This document shows positions 25,986 through 39,513 of a DNA stretch of 64,000 nucleotides, one piece after another. Source of the DNA: Callorhinchus milii (Eukaryota); assembly GCF_018977255.1 (NCBI RefSeq), contig NW_024704742.1:15440001-15504000 (forward strand), written 5' to 3'. Position 1 is the stretch's first letter. Each line of letters starts with the position of its first letter. The position numbers and the translations under genes were made by a program. The notes below the pieces were generated by a model, which worked only from the letters and a program-made list of their open reading frames with translations, was not told the origin of the DNA and made no database searches.

Positions 25986-26101
25986 GAATATCTGCCTACG
26001 TTTCTGTGGAAAAAGAAATAACAGAAGGGGAAGCCCCACGTATGCAAAGAAGTTATGGCAGTACGCGATAGATACTATCTCAGCATTTGAAGGAAGTTAA
26101 G
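25986..26101 (+). other. Candidate non-coding exon (116 nt)
   Basis: Acceptor tttactgtattttacag| and donor AAG|GTAAGC bracket unique sequence; stop codons in all three frames. Confidence 0.3.
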
Positions 26102-27887
26102 GTAAGCATTGTTTTATAATATGACAAAATGATATTATATGCAAACATGGGAAAATTAAAGTAATAAATTATATGAAATTGTATAAAATCATAGAAAGTG
26201 CATCACGGATGCAGGCAATTTAGACTCCACACCCGTGCTGTACTTTCTTTTATTGCAGCTATCTACTCTAATTTTATTATCCTGCTCTTTTCCAAGTTTC
26301 TTTATAGCTTCAGTCTTTATCTTATTTCTTTTTGAATGTTGTTATTCACTCAGCTTTAATTACCACTTCTCGTATTGCTTCCAAATCTGAGTAAACCCTT
26401 TTGGTAAAACTATTCCTCTAAATTTACCTCTAAATCCCTTCATTCCCTACCAGCTCATTATCTCTCTGATCTCCTCCTGTCCCATTCCTCTGCTTGCCCC
26501 CTCTGCTCAGCTAACCCAGACTTGCTGTGCATCCCCCACCTTACCTGTCCCACCATTGGTGGCAAAGTTATTCAAAGTTATTCAATTCTGTGCCCCTATC
26601 CTTTAGAATGCACTGATTTGACCGCTCCATTTTAACCACTCTTTCTGTCTTCAAATCTTGCCTTAAAACCTTCCTCTTTGTCACGCCTATGGTCACCTTT
26701 CCCTCTCCTCTGCATGGCACCAATCCCTGAATTTCTAAAGCATTCTAAGGTGTGAAGGATGATAATTAAATGCAATCTGTGATTGTAAATTTCTCATATT
26801 AACATTCAGTTTGTGACCATCTGATGGAAGGAAGGAAGGAAGGAAGGTTGGTAGCATGGAAAGAAAGAATCTGACAAAAATAAGTGAAGGAAATGAAGAA
26901 ACGTTTTGTTTCAAATGAATGTCTATTGAAATGATTTAAACCATTCATCACATCATTTTTTTTCTGCAGAGGAAGTAGACTTTTGCTGTGGTACAGTTTC
27001 ATGGGTGCTAGCTATATACAGAGCAGACCTGTTATCACATGATCCTCAACTCATGTTCAAATTCATTCACTCCCTGGCACCTCCCTATCTCTCTGACATC
27101 CTCACTCCCCAATCCACCAACTGCGCCTCCGCTCGACTGGCACCGGCCTCCTGCATGTCCCTCGGATCCTCCGACCCACCATTGGAGGTCGCGTTTTCAG
27201 CCACTCCCCCTCTCGGAAGTGAGGAATGATACTAGTAGATTTGGGTTATTGGCTGCCATGCAGCGAGCACCAAGTTGTGCCTTTAATCACTGCAAAATCA
27301 GAGAACTGTTAACCTTTCAGTTCACTCACCTGAGAGCAGTGAGGTACTTATCTTTCAACTTATGTTTCAAAATAGAGTTACCGGACAAAAACATTTTTTT
27401 TGAAAACTGAGATGTAGAATGTCGTTACAACAATTATTTTGTTATAATACACATCAGTTCAAGAATTACCTCCTATCTTAGCGCAGGATGACATTTGGCT
27501 GTTACTCAACCTGTTCACCAAGTAAAGTACTGTATTTCAAGATATGACCTTTTCTAAGAGTTAGAAAAGTCATATATGAAATAGAAACTCTGGTTCCGTG
27601 ACATTTATCTTTGAACCTGCATATTCCAAGCCCCCGGATTTACAGACATCAGTGTTACTAAATTGTTCATGTTGAAGACTCTGTTTTGGATACAGGTCAT
27701 GATAACTGGGTCTAAATGTAGCTTTCACAAACCAGAGGCGTTGATGGCTCCAGTATCTTTCTTTTGCCAGAAAAGGGCCAAACATTTCAGAACGCAAAAT
27801 ACCAGCCACAAGATAGCCTTTGATGGCTTTTGGATTTGTAATTTCCTTTACCGGATTTTAATTGCACAATTCTAGGAGCAAAGGAGA

Positions 27888-30800
27888 CAACAACAGCAAC
27901 AACAACAAGATTCCATTTATGGAGCACCCTTCACGTTGGGAGGACGTCCCAAGGCAATGTACAGGTGGGTCAGGACCCGAGAAGGGGAGAAATGGTCAGG
28001 GTGAGGGGAGGGAAGGGAGGGAGCGAGGAGGGGGAAGAGAGTCGAGAGGGGAGCCGAAGGCTCGGTCAAAGAGAAAGGTCTTGAGACCGGCTTTGAAGGA
28101 GGAAAGGGAGGAGGCGGTGAAGGCACTGGGGGATAGAGTTCCAAAGCCTAGGGGTTAAGAGGCTGAAGGCCCGGCCACCGATGGTAGGACGGTTGGGGCG
28201 GGGGATGTGGAGCAGACCGGAGCCAGAGGAACGGAGGGTACGGGCAGGTAGGTAGGGGGATAGTAGGTCAGAGAGGTAGGAGGGAGCAAGACTGTGAATG
28301 GCCTTGTAGATGAGGATGATGATCTTGAAATCGATCCTCTGGGGGAAGGGGAGCCAATGGAGGCGAGTGAGGGTGGGACTGATGTGGTCCCGAAGCCTGG
28401 TGTGGGACAGTACACCAGCTGCAGAGTTCTGAATGACCTGCAGATTGTGGAGGGAGGTGCCGGGAAGGCCGACGAGGAGAGAGTTCCCATAGTCCAGCGT
28501 TGACGTGATAAAGGCGTGAACCAGAGTTTCAGCAGCGTGAGGGGTGAGGTAGTGCCGTAGTCTGGCGATATTCCAGAGGTGATGGAAGGCAGTGCCAGTT
28601 GTGGCGCGGATATGAGGGAGAAAGGACAGCTCAGGGTCGAACAGAACCCCGAGGTTCCTGACTGGCTATGAAAGGTGGAGAGTGCAGCCTTGGATGCTGA
28701 TGGTGTCAGTGCCTGAGGTGCGGAGGCGCTGACGTGAGCCAATCAGGAGGGCCTCAGTTTTGCGCACGTTGAGCTGAAGAAAGTTGTCTCTCGTCCAGGA
28801 CTCGATGTCGGACAGGCAGCTGTCAGGACATCGGTGGTCGTGGAGTTGAGGGTAGAGGAGGAAAGGTAGAGTTGGGTGTCATCCGCATACATGTGGAAGT
28901 TAACCCCATGTCTGCGGATGATGTCACCAAGGGGGAGCATATAGAGGGTGAAGAGGAGGGGACCGAGGACAGAGCCCTGAGGGACACCACACGAGACAGT
29001 GCGGGGGGTGGAGGAAAAGCCATTCGTGGAAACATAGTGAAGACGGTGGGAGAGGTACGACCTAAACCACTCAAGGACAGTGCCTTGAAGGTTGAGGTGG
29101 GAGGACAAGCTGTGGAGGAGGATAGCGTGGTCGACCATATCGAATGCTGCCGATAGGTCGAGGAGGACGAGGAGGCAGAGGGAGCCCTGGTCACAGATGG
29201 TCAGGATGTCATTGGTGACCTTGACCAGGGCAGTTTCTGTGCTATGGGCAGCACGGAAACCCGACTGAAGGGATTCGAATAGTGAATGGGTGGCCAGGAA
29301 AGAGCGCAGCTGGGAGGCGACAACTCGTTCCAGGACCTTGGACAGAAAGGGGAGGTTGGAGATGGGCCGGTAACTTGATAGCTGCGACGCATCAAGGGAG
29401 GGTTTTTTCAAGGTGGGAGTGATGGTGGCAGTTTTTAAGGGAATGGGAACAGAGCCAGAGGAGAGGGACAGGTTGACGTTGTCTGTGATATGTGGGGCAA
29501 GGAGGTGGAGCTGAGAGATAAGGAGTGGAGTGGGGATAGGGTCAAGGGAGCAGGTGGTGGGTTTCAGGGATAGGATGAGTTTGGTGACAGAGGGTGGGGA
29601 AACGGGTACGAAAGTGTGTAGGAGTAGGGTAGGAGTCGGAGTGTGGGAGGGAGTGGGGGGTGGGTGGATGTTGGAGGGGAAGTGACCGCGGAGCGAATTG
29701 CCTTGCATTCAAGGAAATCCAGCATCTCTTCGCGCAGTGCGGTTGGAGGAGATGACCTGCGCGGGGTGGTGGGGGGGACGGAGGAGTCGCGATGTGGTAG
29801 AAAACAGTAGCCTGGGGTTGTTTTTCGACTCCAGGATTATCCTGGAGTAGAAGGACGGCTTGGCCGAGGCTAGAGTGGAGCGGTAGATTTTGAGGAAGTC
29901 CAGCCAGATTTGTCTGTGGACCGTTAGGCCAGATTAGATGCAGGTGAGTTCAGCGGCCCGCACCTGGCTTTTCAGTGAGCGGAGGTGGGTGGTGAACCAG
30001 GGGGAGGAGCGAGAGTAGGAGACAGTACGGGAGGTGATGGGGGCAAGAGTGTCAAGTGTGGAGGAGAGGGTGTTGTGGAGGAGGGTGAGAGGAGAAGAGG
30101 GGTCAGTGAGGGTTGAAGGCCAGAGGGAGAGGAGTTCAGAGGACTCCAAGGCAGCGGTTAGGGATTGTGGGGGTAACTTCTTCCAGGGGCGGTAGAAGAT
30201 GGTGGTGGGTCTGGTGGAGGTGGGGAGGGGGTGGAGGTGGTGAAGGAGATGAAGTGGTGGTCGGAGACGGCCTTGTCGGTAATAGTGACATCCGAGACAC
30301 TGAGGCCCCGGGTGATCACCAAGTCGAGTGGGTGGCCGTGACTGTGAGTGGGAGAGTTGATGTGGAGGGAGAGGTTGAGCGAGGAGAGCAGGGAAGAGAA
30401 GTCCCAGGAGATGGAGCAGGAGGGGGTGAAGTGCAGGTTGAAGTCGCCCAGGATGATGAGGCGATCAGAGCAGAGGCAGAGAGATGTAAGGAGTATCGAT
30501 ATATCGGAGATGAAGGTGGGAGAGGTTTTAGGGGGCCGGTAGGGGAAGAGGATTTTGAGCGAGAGGAAGGAGGGGTGGGAGAGGGTGAGGTGCTCAAAAG
30601 CAGGGAAAGAGCCAGAGGAGTAGGGGGATAGGGCAAGTGGTGTCCTTGAGATAAGGGCTACACCACCGCCACGGCGGTTGGGGTGAGGGATGTGGTGGAA
30701 GGTGTAGCCGGGTGGTGTGGCTTCCGTGAGGGGGAAGGTGTCGCCTGGGGTGAGCCAGGATGAGTCAAGGATGAGATCGTTGATGACCAGGGCCTTGTTA

Positions 30801-31510
30801 TAGAGGAAGCGGACGTTTTGTAGTCCAATGCGGAGGGAGCGGTTGACAGAAGGGTTTGTGGGAGGGAGGGGGGTCCAGGTTGTGAAGCAGGGGTGGGGGA
30901 AATGGGGATGAGGGAGGAGAGGTTGGCTCCCCGGGTCTGTGTCCGGGGTGGCTGGCGAGTGTGGGACAGTCGGTGTGGCTGCTGCTGGACAGCCAACGCT
31001 GAGTGCCACGGTGAGCCCGGCGGAGGATTCCCAGGCTGGAACAGAGGGAGGTTGTGGGAGGGTCAAGTGGGGATAGAAGGCGAGAGGGACGGAGAGAGAG
31101 GAGGACAGAGCGGGAGAGATGCAGAGTGGGGAGGGTTTGGGTGTAGAGAGGAGGGACGAGGGAGGGAGGGGGTGAGGGGGCTCGGGTCAAAGCAGCAGCC
31201 ATAGTGCGCACGCGGGGACTGGGAGCGAGCGGTCAGGTGGATGGCATTATCCCGTAGGCTGGAGCAGCCAACCCAACAGGACCATGATGGGCTCTGAGCG
31301 CTGGGGGTGGGGGGCGCAGAGTTTTTTTTTTGTTGCGCGCGCACACTCCTGAAAACTAAACTATGACGTCAGTGGTTCCACCGCTCCGCCCCCACCCGAT
31401 CCCTCTCAGCCCCACACCCCCTGGCTGCACTCCCTGCCGCGTCGAGCTTAAGTACCTGGGTAGGTAGGCCCAGGCTCCTCCCCGCGCTGTCCTGCCGCCG
31501 CCCCCCTTTT
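27888..31510 (-). mobile_element. Near-full-length L2-clade LINE (APE endonuclease + RT), frameshifted
   Basis: EN motifs GLQNVR, RRGGGVA, LIILGDFNLH, PTHSHGHPLDLV, SDHH (ORF 30158-31066); RT motifs [35 protein letters not shown] (ORF 28743-29708); (TTG)n tail at ~27888-27908; GC/CpG-rich 5' region 31200-31510. Confidence 0.95.
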
Positions 31511-32122
31511 AAAGAAGCTTTTAAAAGAAGAAACATTTCTTCACCCAGAGGGTAGTGAATTTATGGAATTCTCAAAATTCAAGGTAGTTTAATGGTGCCT
31601 TTGAAAACGATAACATTGAAGAATGCAACAATTTTACATTTATATAGCAGCTTTCACCTCGGAAAGCATCTCAAAGAGCTTCACAGAGCCCATTGGGAGG
31701 GTAAGCTCGGAATGTGATACAAACCCCTTGTTAATAAAGGGCTTCAGTTTTATTGTCAATTGTGTGTCAGTGAACAGGTCTACTGATGAGAGATCTCCAA
31801 CTACTTTTTTTATAGTTATTTGCTTTTCATAAGAATTCTATGTTTTGAAAGTTTAAAAGTTATTATTTTTATTTTTACAATTTTCTCCCCACGAACACAA
31901 GCACCTGCTCTGGCCACCTCTTGCTGGGGTAGGGTTCTAATGCTGGTTACCCTATGAAATCCGACGTAGGGCAACCAAGAAGTTTCCATTACTCATGTGT
32001 GAGTCTTGAGTGAATGTTGGCAGGTCGGCAGGTCTCTCGATTGTGGAGAGCTTCACAGCCAGGTCTGACCTCTCCCCAATAGAGCTGCCACACAAAACTA
32101 GAGGCCACTGTATAGGGTACAG

Positions 32123-32482
32123 GTGGAGTTCTGTAGCTTAGTGGATAAAGCACTTCCCTCGCCTCGAGACCTGGGTTCAATTTCCGGGCAGGGTGAAACG
32201 GTGGGTGAGTTTCCTTACTCCAATAAATAGGAACCCAGTTCTTAATCGATTGGTAGATCGCTTTTCCGGAGGTAATAATCCCTCCAAAAGAATAAGTAAA
32301 TAAAAAATGATGGTAATTTTATCACTCAGTTCATGACTGCTGTGCACAATTGGTTGCCGCGTTTCGCCCACAAAATATACGGCGAATTCACTTTACAATA
32401 TATTCTGTGAAGTGCTTTGAAACATCTCGAAGATGTGATAAGGCGATATGTCAAATGAAAGGATCAAATGCAGGGATTATTA
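32123..32482 (+). mobile_element. tRNA-derived SINE (long subfamily)
   Basis: gtggagttctgtagcttagtgg head through caaatgcagggattatta tail. Confidence 0.88.
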
Positions 32483-34191
32483 CAGGAATAGGATATGTGG
32501 CTGGTTTTTCCCTCCCCTGGGAAGGCCGGTCCAATTTAATCTTCCTACCCAACCTCAGCTAAGACCAGGAAACTCAGCATCGTTTGCCGGGAATATGAAC
32601 CAGTGAGCCAATAATCTGTAAGCGGCATCTCTATCTTTAAACTACTGTGGCTGACTAAAAGGAATTCTTGATGGTAAACATTTCCCTTCTAAGGTGTATT
32701 AAAATAGCCTTGGAAGCCCCTTTTAGTCCTGCAGTTCGGGTTGGGCTTTTCCCAACCCATCGTCATGTGCTGCCACTACTAAAAATAATAATACTAATCC
32801 TTGGATTTGATTTAGCGCCTCATCACGTCTTTGAGACAACTCAAAGTACTTCAAAGAATATACTGTAAAGTGGAGTGACTGTATATTTGTGGGCTAAATG
32901 CAGCAGACAATTGCACACAGCAGTGTCCCACAGTCATGGATTGAGTGACCACATTTTGTTTAAGAATTAAAAAAAACAATCTACAGTGCTAACCACTGCA
33001 ATATATGACTCTATAGTGGAGGATGCCACTGTCTATAAGAGATAAAAAACAAAAAACTAAAAAACTAAATGACTTGGAGTGTCATAAGGCACAAGCAAGG
33101 TCAGGGAGTTTTATCAGATAGTGCAGAAGTCATCAGATTGTAATGTGTTTTGAGATTGCCTGAATGTTGGTGTTTCAAAATCCTATTTATACCTGAATTC
33201 AAACAAATTATTTTTTCACCAATGTTACCTCCGGAAAAGTGATCCACCACTCCACTAACAACCGGGTTTCTACTTATTCCTAAGTAAACAGAAGTGTGTA
33301 GTAAGGAAACTTGCCCAACGCTTCGCCCTGCCGGGATTCGAATCCAGATCTCTCGCTTGCGAGTGCTCTAACCACTAAACTACAAGACTCCACTGTACGG
33401 AAAGCACACCTTCAAAATTCAGGCAACTTAACCGATCCTTCAAAAATCTTTAGATCCCATGGATAGAAATTGCTGATTCTGAGGCTTCTTTATATGTCAG
33501 CTAACAGTACCAGTGTTGAGAGAATTAGTTGAATCTCAGCTGTTTTGTGGATTTTAATTTCTTTAAGAACAATATCCAGTAGAACTGTTCATGGGCAAAG
33601 AGGAAGTAACATAACTGTCACTAAATATGAGTACATTGAGATTTTAGACAAAGTAATGGTTCTACAAAGGGATTCGTAAGTATCTATAAAAATGTGATTT
33701 ATGTTGGTGGAAAAAGGATCAATGTAGCATTGACCTTTATCTTCTACTTTCAAATATCAGACACCTTCTGATATTGACAATATAAAGCCTCGCTCTGCTT
33801 CACTGAGAGAAACCGAAAAAACTTGGGTGAAACTGACTGCTCCCCTTTAACCTTTTTGAAATCCCCCAGTTTTGTTCATAGTTTCAGGGTCCAACAAAAC
33901 CTGGTGTTTTCTTTTGTGATTCATTTTTCTCCGTTTTGATGACTGTCCACAGAATATACCACTGTGTTTTTTTCTGGAATAAGTCATGAGTGAGAAAAGC
34001 CCACATAATCTATAATCGTTACCATCACAGCTGAGTTATATCTGGTTCTACACAGCTCGGAAACAAAGGTCTCTGATCGCTTTCCTTTTGTATATCCAAG
34101 CCTAGGGGCAACCTGCTTACTGGAAATATCAGGCTGCGTGGGAATGCTTCTGCTTGGCTCAATTAGTAGCACTCTTGCATCTTAGTTAGAA

Positions 34192-34635
34192 TAATAATAA
34201 TAATCCTTGCATTTGATGTAGCGCCTTATCATGTCGTTGTTGTAAAATGGATTGACTGTAATATGGAGGCAAAACGTAGCAGCCAATTGAATACAGTAAT
34301 GTACCACAAACAGTTGTGGATTGAGTGACCAAATTATTATTATTTTTATTATTATATTCCATATATACATCATATAATTTTTATTATTATTTTTATTATT
34401 ATATTATGTATTATATAATTATTATTATTTTTGAGTGACCAAATTATTAAAGTGATATTACCCCTCAAAAAGCAATCCGCCAATTAACTAACAACCGCGG
34501 TTCCTATTTACTTCTAAGTAAACAGAGGCTTGTGGAGTAAGGAAATTTACCTAACGGTTTGCCTTGCCCAAGAATCGAACCTGGGTCCTCTTGCTTGCGA
34601 GGCGAGTGGGCTAACCACTGTACTACAGGACTCCA
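34192..34635 (-). mobile_element. tRNA-derived SINE (long subfamily) with AT-rich internal expansion
   Basis: Head, core and tail present; ttgagtgaccaaattatta duplicated at 34321 and 34431 around AT-rich filler. Confidence 0.85.
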
Positions 34636-36622
34636 TTGAGAATATTAAATGGCCTTGGGTTCTAGCCTAGAGTTAATAATAATAATCATAATAATAATCT
34701 CTTCATTCAATATATCGCCTAATCACATTGTTGAGATGTCTCAAAGCACTTCACAGAATATATTGCAAAGTGGATTGAATGTGTATTTGTACATTGATTT
34801 CGCCCACAAAAGGCACAGTCAATCCACTTTGAGATTATGAGAATTGAACTCATAGATACAACAACATGCATTTATAAAATGCCCTTCATGCACGATACTG
34901 TCTTGGATCACTGTACAGCGGCAATGTTGGGCTTCAAGTGAGGGATGGAGTCAAGTAAGGGAGGAGAAGACAGAGGTACCCATAGGCATGATTGAAGGGG
35001 TATGTCTTAAAGTGGGATTTAAAGATAGATAAACAGTAGGTGAGGCAGAAGGATTAAAACAGAGAGTTCTCAGTGAATTCCTGTGGATGTGCTTCATTAT
35101 CAGAAATTTGGAGGGGACAAGGGCTTGTCTGAAGGCACAATGCTCATTCTCTCGTGGAATTGGTCTAATTAGATTAAAGGGAATAAGCAGGGCCTCACCA
35201 ATAAAAAAAATGGGCAACCAAGTTCCCATTTGCCTGATCAGGTGAGCAAGGCTTATTCATGACCCTATAGAAAAAAGGGAGGCTCTGGGGAAAATGTTGC
35301 CTCAACATCAGAAGAAACTCTCTTTTCGAAAGCTGCACTATGGGAACGAACTATGAAATTGCACAAATTTATGTATATGTATTTATGTATATATATTTGA
35401 CTGTATATATCTACATATTTGGGCATGTCTGTATGTACCTGTGTGACTGTAAAATATTGCCTTGACCCAACACACAGGAGCAGCTGCCATCAGTGGATCA
35501 GCCCCGGGCAGAACACCTGCATATGTCCCAGAACCTCGTGCCAGTGAGGATTTGAGTTACATAGAGTGATGCCTGTTATCCAGCAGTGTACCACGGATGG
35601 CATTGCTGCAGAGGAATCCACAAAGTTATTAACTCTGTATTTGTTGTTTGTGTGTGCATTTCAACAATTGGCCTTGTACTTTGGAAACAAGATTGAGGCT
35701 AGTTTTGTCAGAGACCCCGGCACAGACAAGTTAGGCCAAATGGCCTTGTTTCAGTACTCTATCTCTCTGTATTGATCTGTCAAACAGGAGGCTATCGTTC
35801 TGTCAGCACAATCTACAACAGCATCAGCAACTTACATTTCATCATGTGGGGCATCCTCTATATTTAAACGGCTCTTTCAAGCCATTTGGAAACCTCTTTG
35901 TTTCAACTAAAACATTTAAAACAAGTTTACTTGTTTTCTCCAAGAAACTTTCTTTTTAAACTATGCTCTCCTGGAAAAACTATTTTTTTTGAGAAAAGTG
36001 TATGGAATGAAAGAACCTTTATTTTCATATTGGAACACCTCAAATTGCGTCGCAGCAAGTAACTGCCAAGTGTAGTGTTTGTAGATAAACATGTGCAATG
36101 AGGTCCCACAACTGCCAAGAGAAGCATGATCAAATATGCTTACAAATACACAGTCATTGCTCATGACAGTAAATCCTGTTTTGAAACATTTCAACAACGT
36201 GATAAGGCATTAGACAAAAATGGGGAAATTATTATTATAATTTGTCTGGAGGATGAATAGTACTGCCAGATCTTTAATGTCTACCGCATCAAGCAGATGG
36301 GAGCTCAGTATGATGTCTCATCCGAGAGACAGCACATCTAGTATTTGTATGAATGCAGTGTTCCCCCAGAGTTGTACTGGAATATTAGCCTGAACCATGA
36401 GTTTAAACAGAGAGTAGTGAGAATATGGAACTCACTTTCATCCGAAAGGTGTGGCTGAAGCAAATAGCATTGATGTATTTAAGAGAAACCTTGATGTACA
36501 CAAGTGGAAGAAAGGAATAGAGTCGACTAGGAACGGCGGGGGCTCGTGTGGAGTATAAGCACCTGCATGGACTGGTTTCCATGCCACATCACTCTATGTA
36601 ACTCTATATGAGGTCAAACCCC

Positions 36623-37060
36623 AACAACAACAACAACAACAAGATTCCATTTTTAGAGCGCCTTTCACGTCGGGAGGATGTCCCAAGGTGCTGTACAGTT
36701 GAGTCAGGACCCGAGCAGGGGGGAAATGGTCAGGGTGAGGGGAGGGAAGGGAGGGAGCGAGGAGGGGATAAAGAGTCGAGAGGGGAGCTAAAGGCACGGT
36801 CAAAGAGAAAGGTCTTGAGACCGGCCTTGAAGGAGGAAAGGGAGGAAGCAAGGCGAAGGCACTGGGGGATAGAGTTCCAGAGCCTAGGGGCTGAGAGGCT
36901 GAAGGCCCGGCCACCGATGGTAGGGCGGTTGGGGCGGGGGATGTGGAGCAGACCGGAGCCAGAGGAACGGAGGGTACGGGCAGGTAGGTAGGGGGATAGT
37001 AGGTCGGAGAGGTAGGAGGGAGCAAGGCCGTGAATGGCCTTGTAGGTGAGGATGAGGATC
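36623..37060 (-). mobile_element. L2 3' fragment
   Basis: ORF 36730-37098 ILILTYKAIHGLAPSYLSDLL...; (CAA)n on the + strand is the tail. Confidence 0.93.
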
Positions 37061-37197
37061 AACAAGGAGTTGAACCCCACAACAACAACAACTTGCACTT
37101 ATATAGCGCCCTCCATGCAGGGTAGCATCTCAGAGCGCAGAGCACAAGCTTCTGCCTCACAAGCAGAAGTGCTACCAACTAAACCAAACCGGAACCT

Positions 37198-37520
37198 ATA
37201 ATAATAATAATAATCCTTGCATTTGATATAGCGCTTTTCACGTTTTATCGACATCTCAAAGCGCTTCACAGAATAGACTGTAAAGTGAATTGACTGTACA
37301 TTTGTGGGCGAAACGCGGCAGCCAATTGCACACAGCAATGTCCCACAAACAGTCATGGACTGAAAATGACCAATTTATTATTGTTTTTGTTTTTTTGGAG
37401 GGATTATTATTAGGCGTGTGGAGTAAGGAAACTTGCCCAAGGTTTCGCCCTGCCTGGAATTGAATCCAGGTGTCTCGCTTGCAAGGCGAGTGTTCTAACC
37501 ACTGAGCTACAGGACTCCAC
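37198..37520 (-). mobile_element. tRNA-derived SINE (short subfamily)
   Basis: Same structure as the 50981 copy. Confidence 0.9.
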
Positions 37521-39149
37521 AACCTACATTATTACCGTAGTGACACTGACTAATGACTGATTTCATATGAATTGGACTTGAGATTATTTGAGGATTGAGG
37601 CAACGTGCCTTGAGGCAAAGTGTAATCCCCCTTTCAATGAGAGATCAGTTACCCTACAACAGGTACTTTCCACATTTCCCCTTCAGTGGGTAAACCTATG
37701 TCTTTAGTGGGTGAAATTATATTGCCTGCATTTCCTCTGTGCAGTCACACTGGAAACTAGTGGAGGAGTTAGTTTCAACTTGTCTCATGTGTGGAGAGTA
37801 GACATGTGCAGTGCATACACCTTTAGGCAGTGTGTTTGTGTTTCAGAAAGTGTTCTGTGTAACAGCAAAGAAATCAATTGTGTTTCCACATCTTAAGGGC
37901 TTCATCCCTTTCATTAACCTACTCTGATGTACTCTGAAGGGACGCAAAGGAATAAATTAATTCCAATCCTACCCTTTTCTTGAACTTACTATTAATGATA
38001 ACAATAATCCTTGGATTTGATACAACACCTGTCACATCGGGTGGATGTCTCAAGTTGCTTAATATGATTTACTGAAAAGTGTAGTAACTGTGCATTTTGT
38101 AGGCGAATGTATCAGCTAATTTGTACATAACAATGGTACACATAACCATAATCAATTTTATTGTTGCCCAGGACACTAGGAGAAACTCCCTTCTTTTTTT
38201 GAAGGCAGGCACACTGGACCTCCGTTTAATGTCTCATCCGAAGGACAGTACCTCCAACAATGCAGCAAATGCACTGCACTGGAGTGTCAGCCAGTACCAT
38301 GAGTTCAATCTGGGGCTTTAACTCGGAACCTTGTGACTCAGAGCAGAGGCAACTGAGCCAGGCTGCCATCTCATTCCCTTTAAAGTAATATAAATTTAAC
38401 AAGTGCTGGCACAAGGTTATATTGAAGGACATTTTTAAATAATTACTGCTGTACTGCTAATCTTAGCAACATTTTCTCAGTATTACACAATAGTATCTGT
38501 GCAAATTTACTCACAAAACTAAAACTCATTAAGCCTCACTATTGTAATAACATGAGTAAGGTAATTGCATAATAATTAATGGTACGCCAGTATTTTTCCA
38601 GAAAAATATATGCTGGTTCCTCATCCGCATCAAACTCCAAATCCCAATCACTCCAGATTTGACAGGTTACATTTGCTCCCTATCACCGAACAGATCAATT
38701 TCAATATTCTGCACTCCTCTATCTATTCCCTTTGCTTGACTGGCTCAGGCCTTCTACATGTCCCCTTACATCTACACTCCACCATCAATGAGTGTGCTTT
38801 CAGCCACTATACTTCTGGAAATCCTTGACACAATAATTCCTCTGCCTTACCCATACTTTACCCATCTTCAATTCGCGTCTGAAGATGTGCCTATGGTCAT
38901 CTCCCCTTCTTCTCTGGCTTGGTCTCAAAGTCCAAAGTGGAACTAACAACCTTTGGAGATGTCGACTGCTTATTTCCCTTATTATAGTCGCACATCAACA
39001 AAGGTGCTAATATATAACCGCTGACCATTATGTCATCCCATTGGGAGGGAGATGAGCCCAATAACCCCTGCATCAATTTTGCCATAAAAATATTTTATCT
39101 CAGTGCATAATAATAACTTTTATTAGTCTTGAGATATCTTGGGATGCCA

Positions 39150-39513
39150 GTGAGTCCTGTATCTTAACAGTTAGAGCACTCGCCTCGCAAGCAAAAGGAC
39201 CTGGGTTCGTTTCCCAGGCAGAGCGAAACAATAGGTAAGTTTTCTTTTCACTCACGCCTCTTATTACCTAGCAGTAAGTAGGTACCTGGTTGTTAGACGA
39301 TTGGTGGAACCCTTTTCTGGGGGTAATAATCCTTTTAAAAAATGTGGTCACTCAATCCACGACTGTTTGTGGGACACTGCTATGCACAATTGGCTGTTGC
39401 ATTTTGCACACAAAATATATAGTGAATTCATTTTACAGTATACCCTGTGAAGCGCTTTGAGATGTCTTGAAGTCCTGATAAAACGCTATATCAAATGCAA
39501 GGATTATTATTAT
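39150..39513 (+). mobile_element. tRNA-derived SINE (long subfamily)
   Basis: Head gagtcctgta...ttagagcactcgcctcgcaagc, core and (TTA)n tail. Confidence 0.88.
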
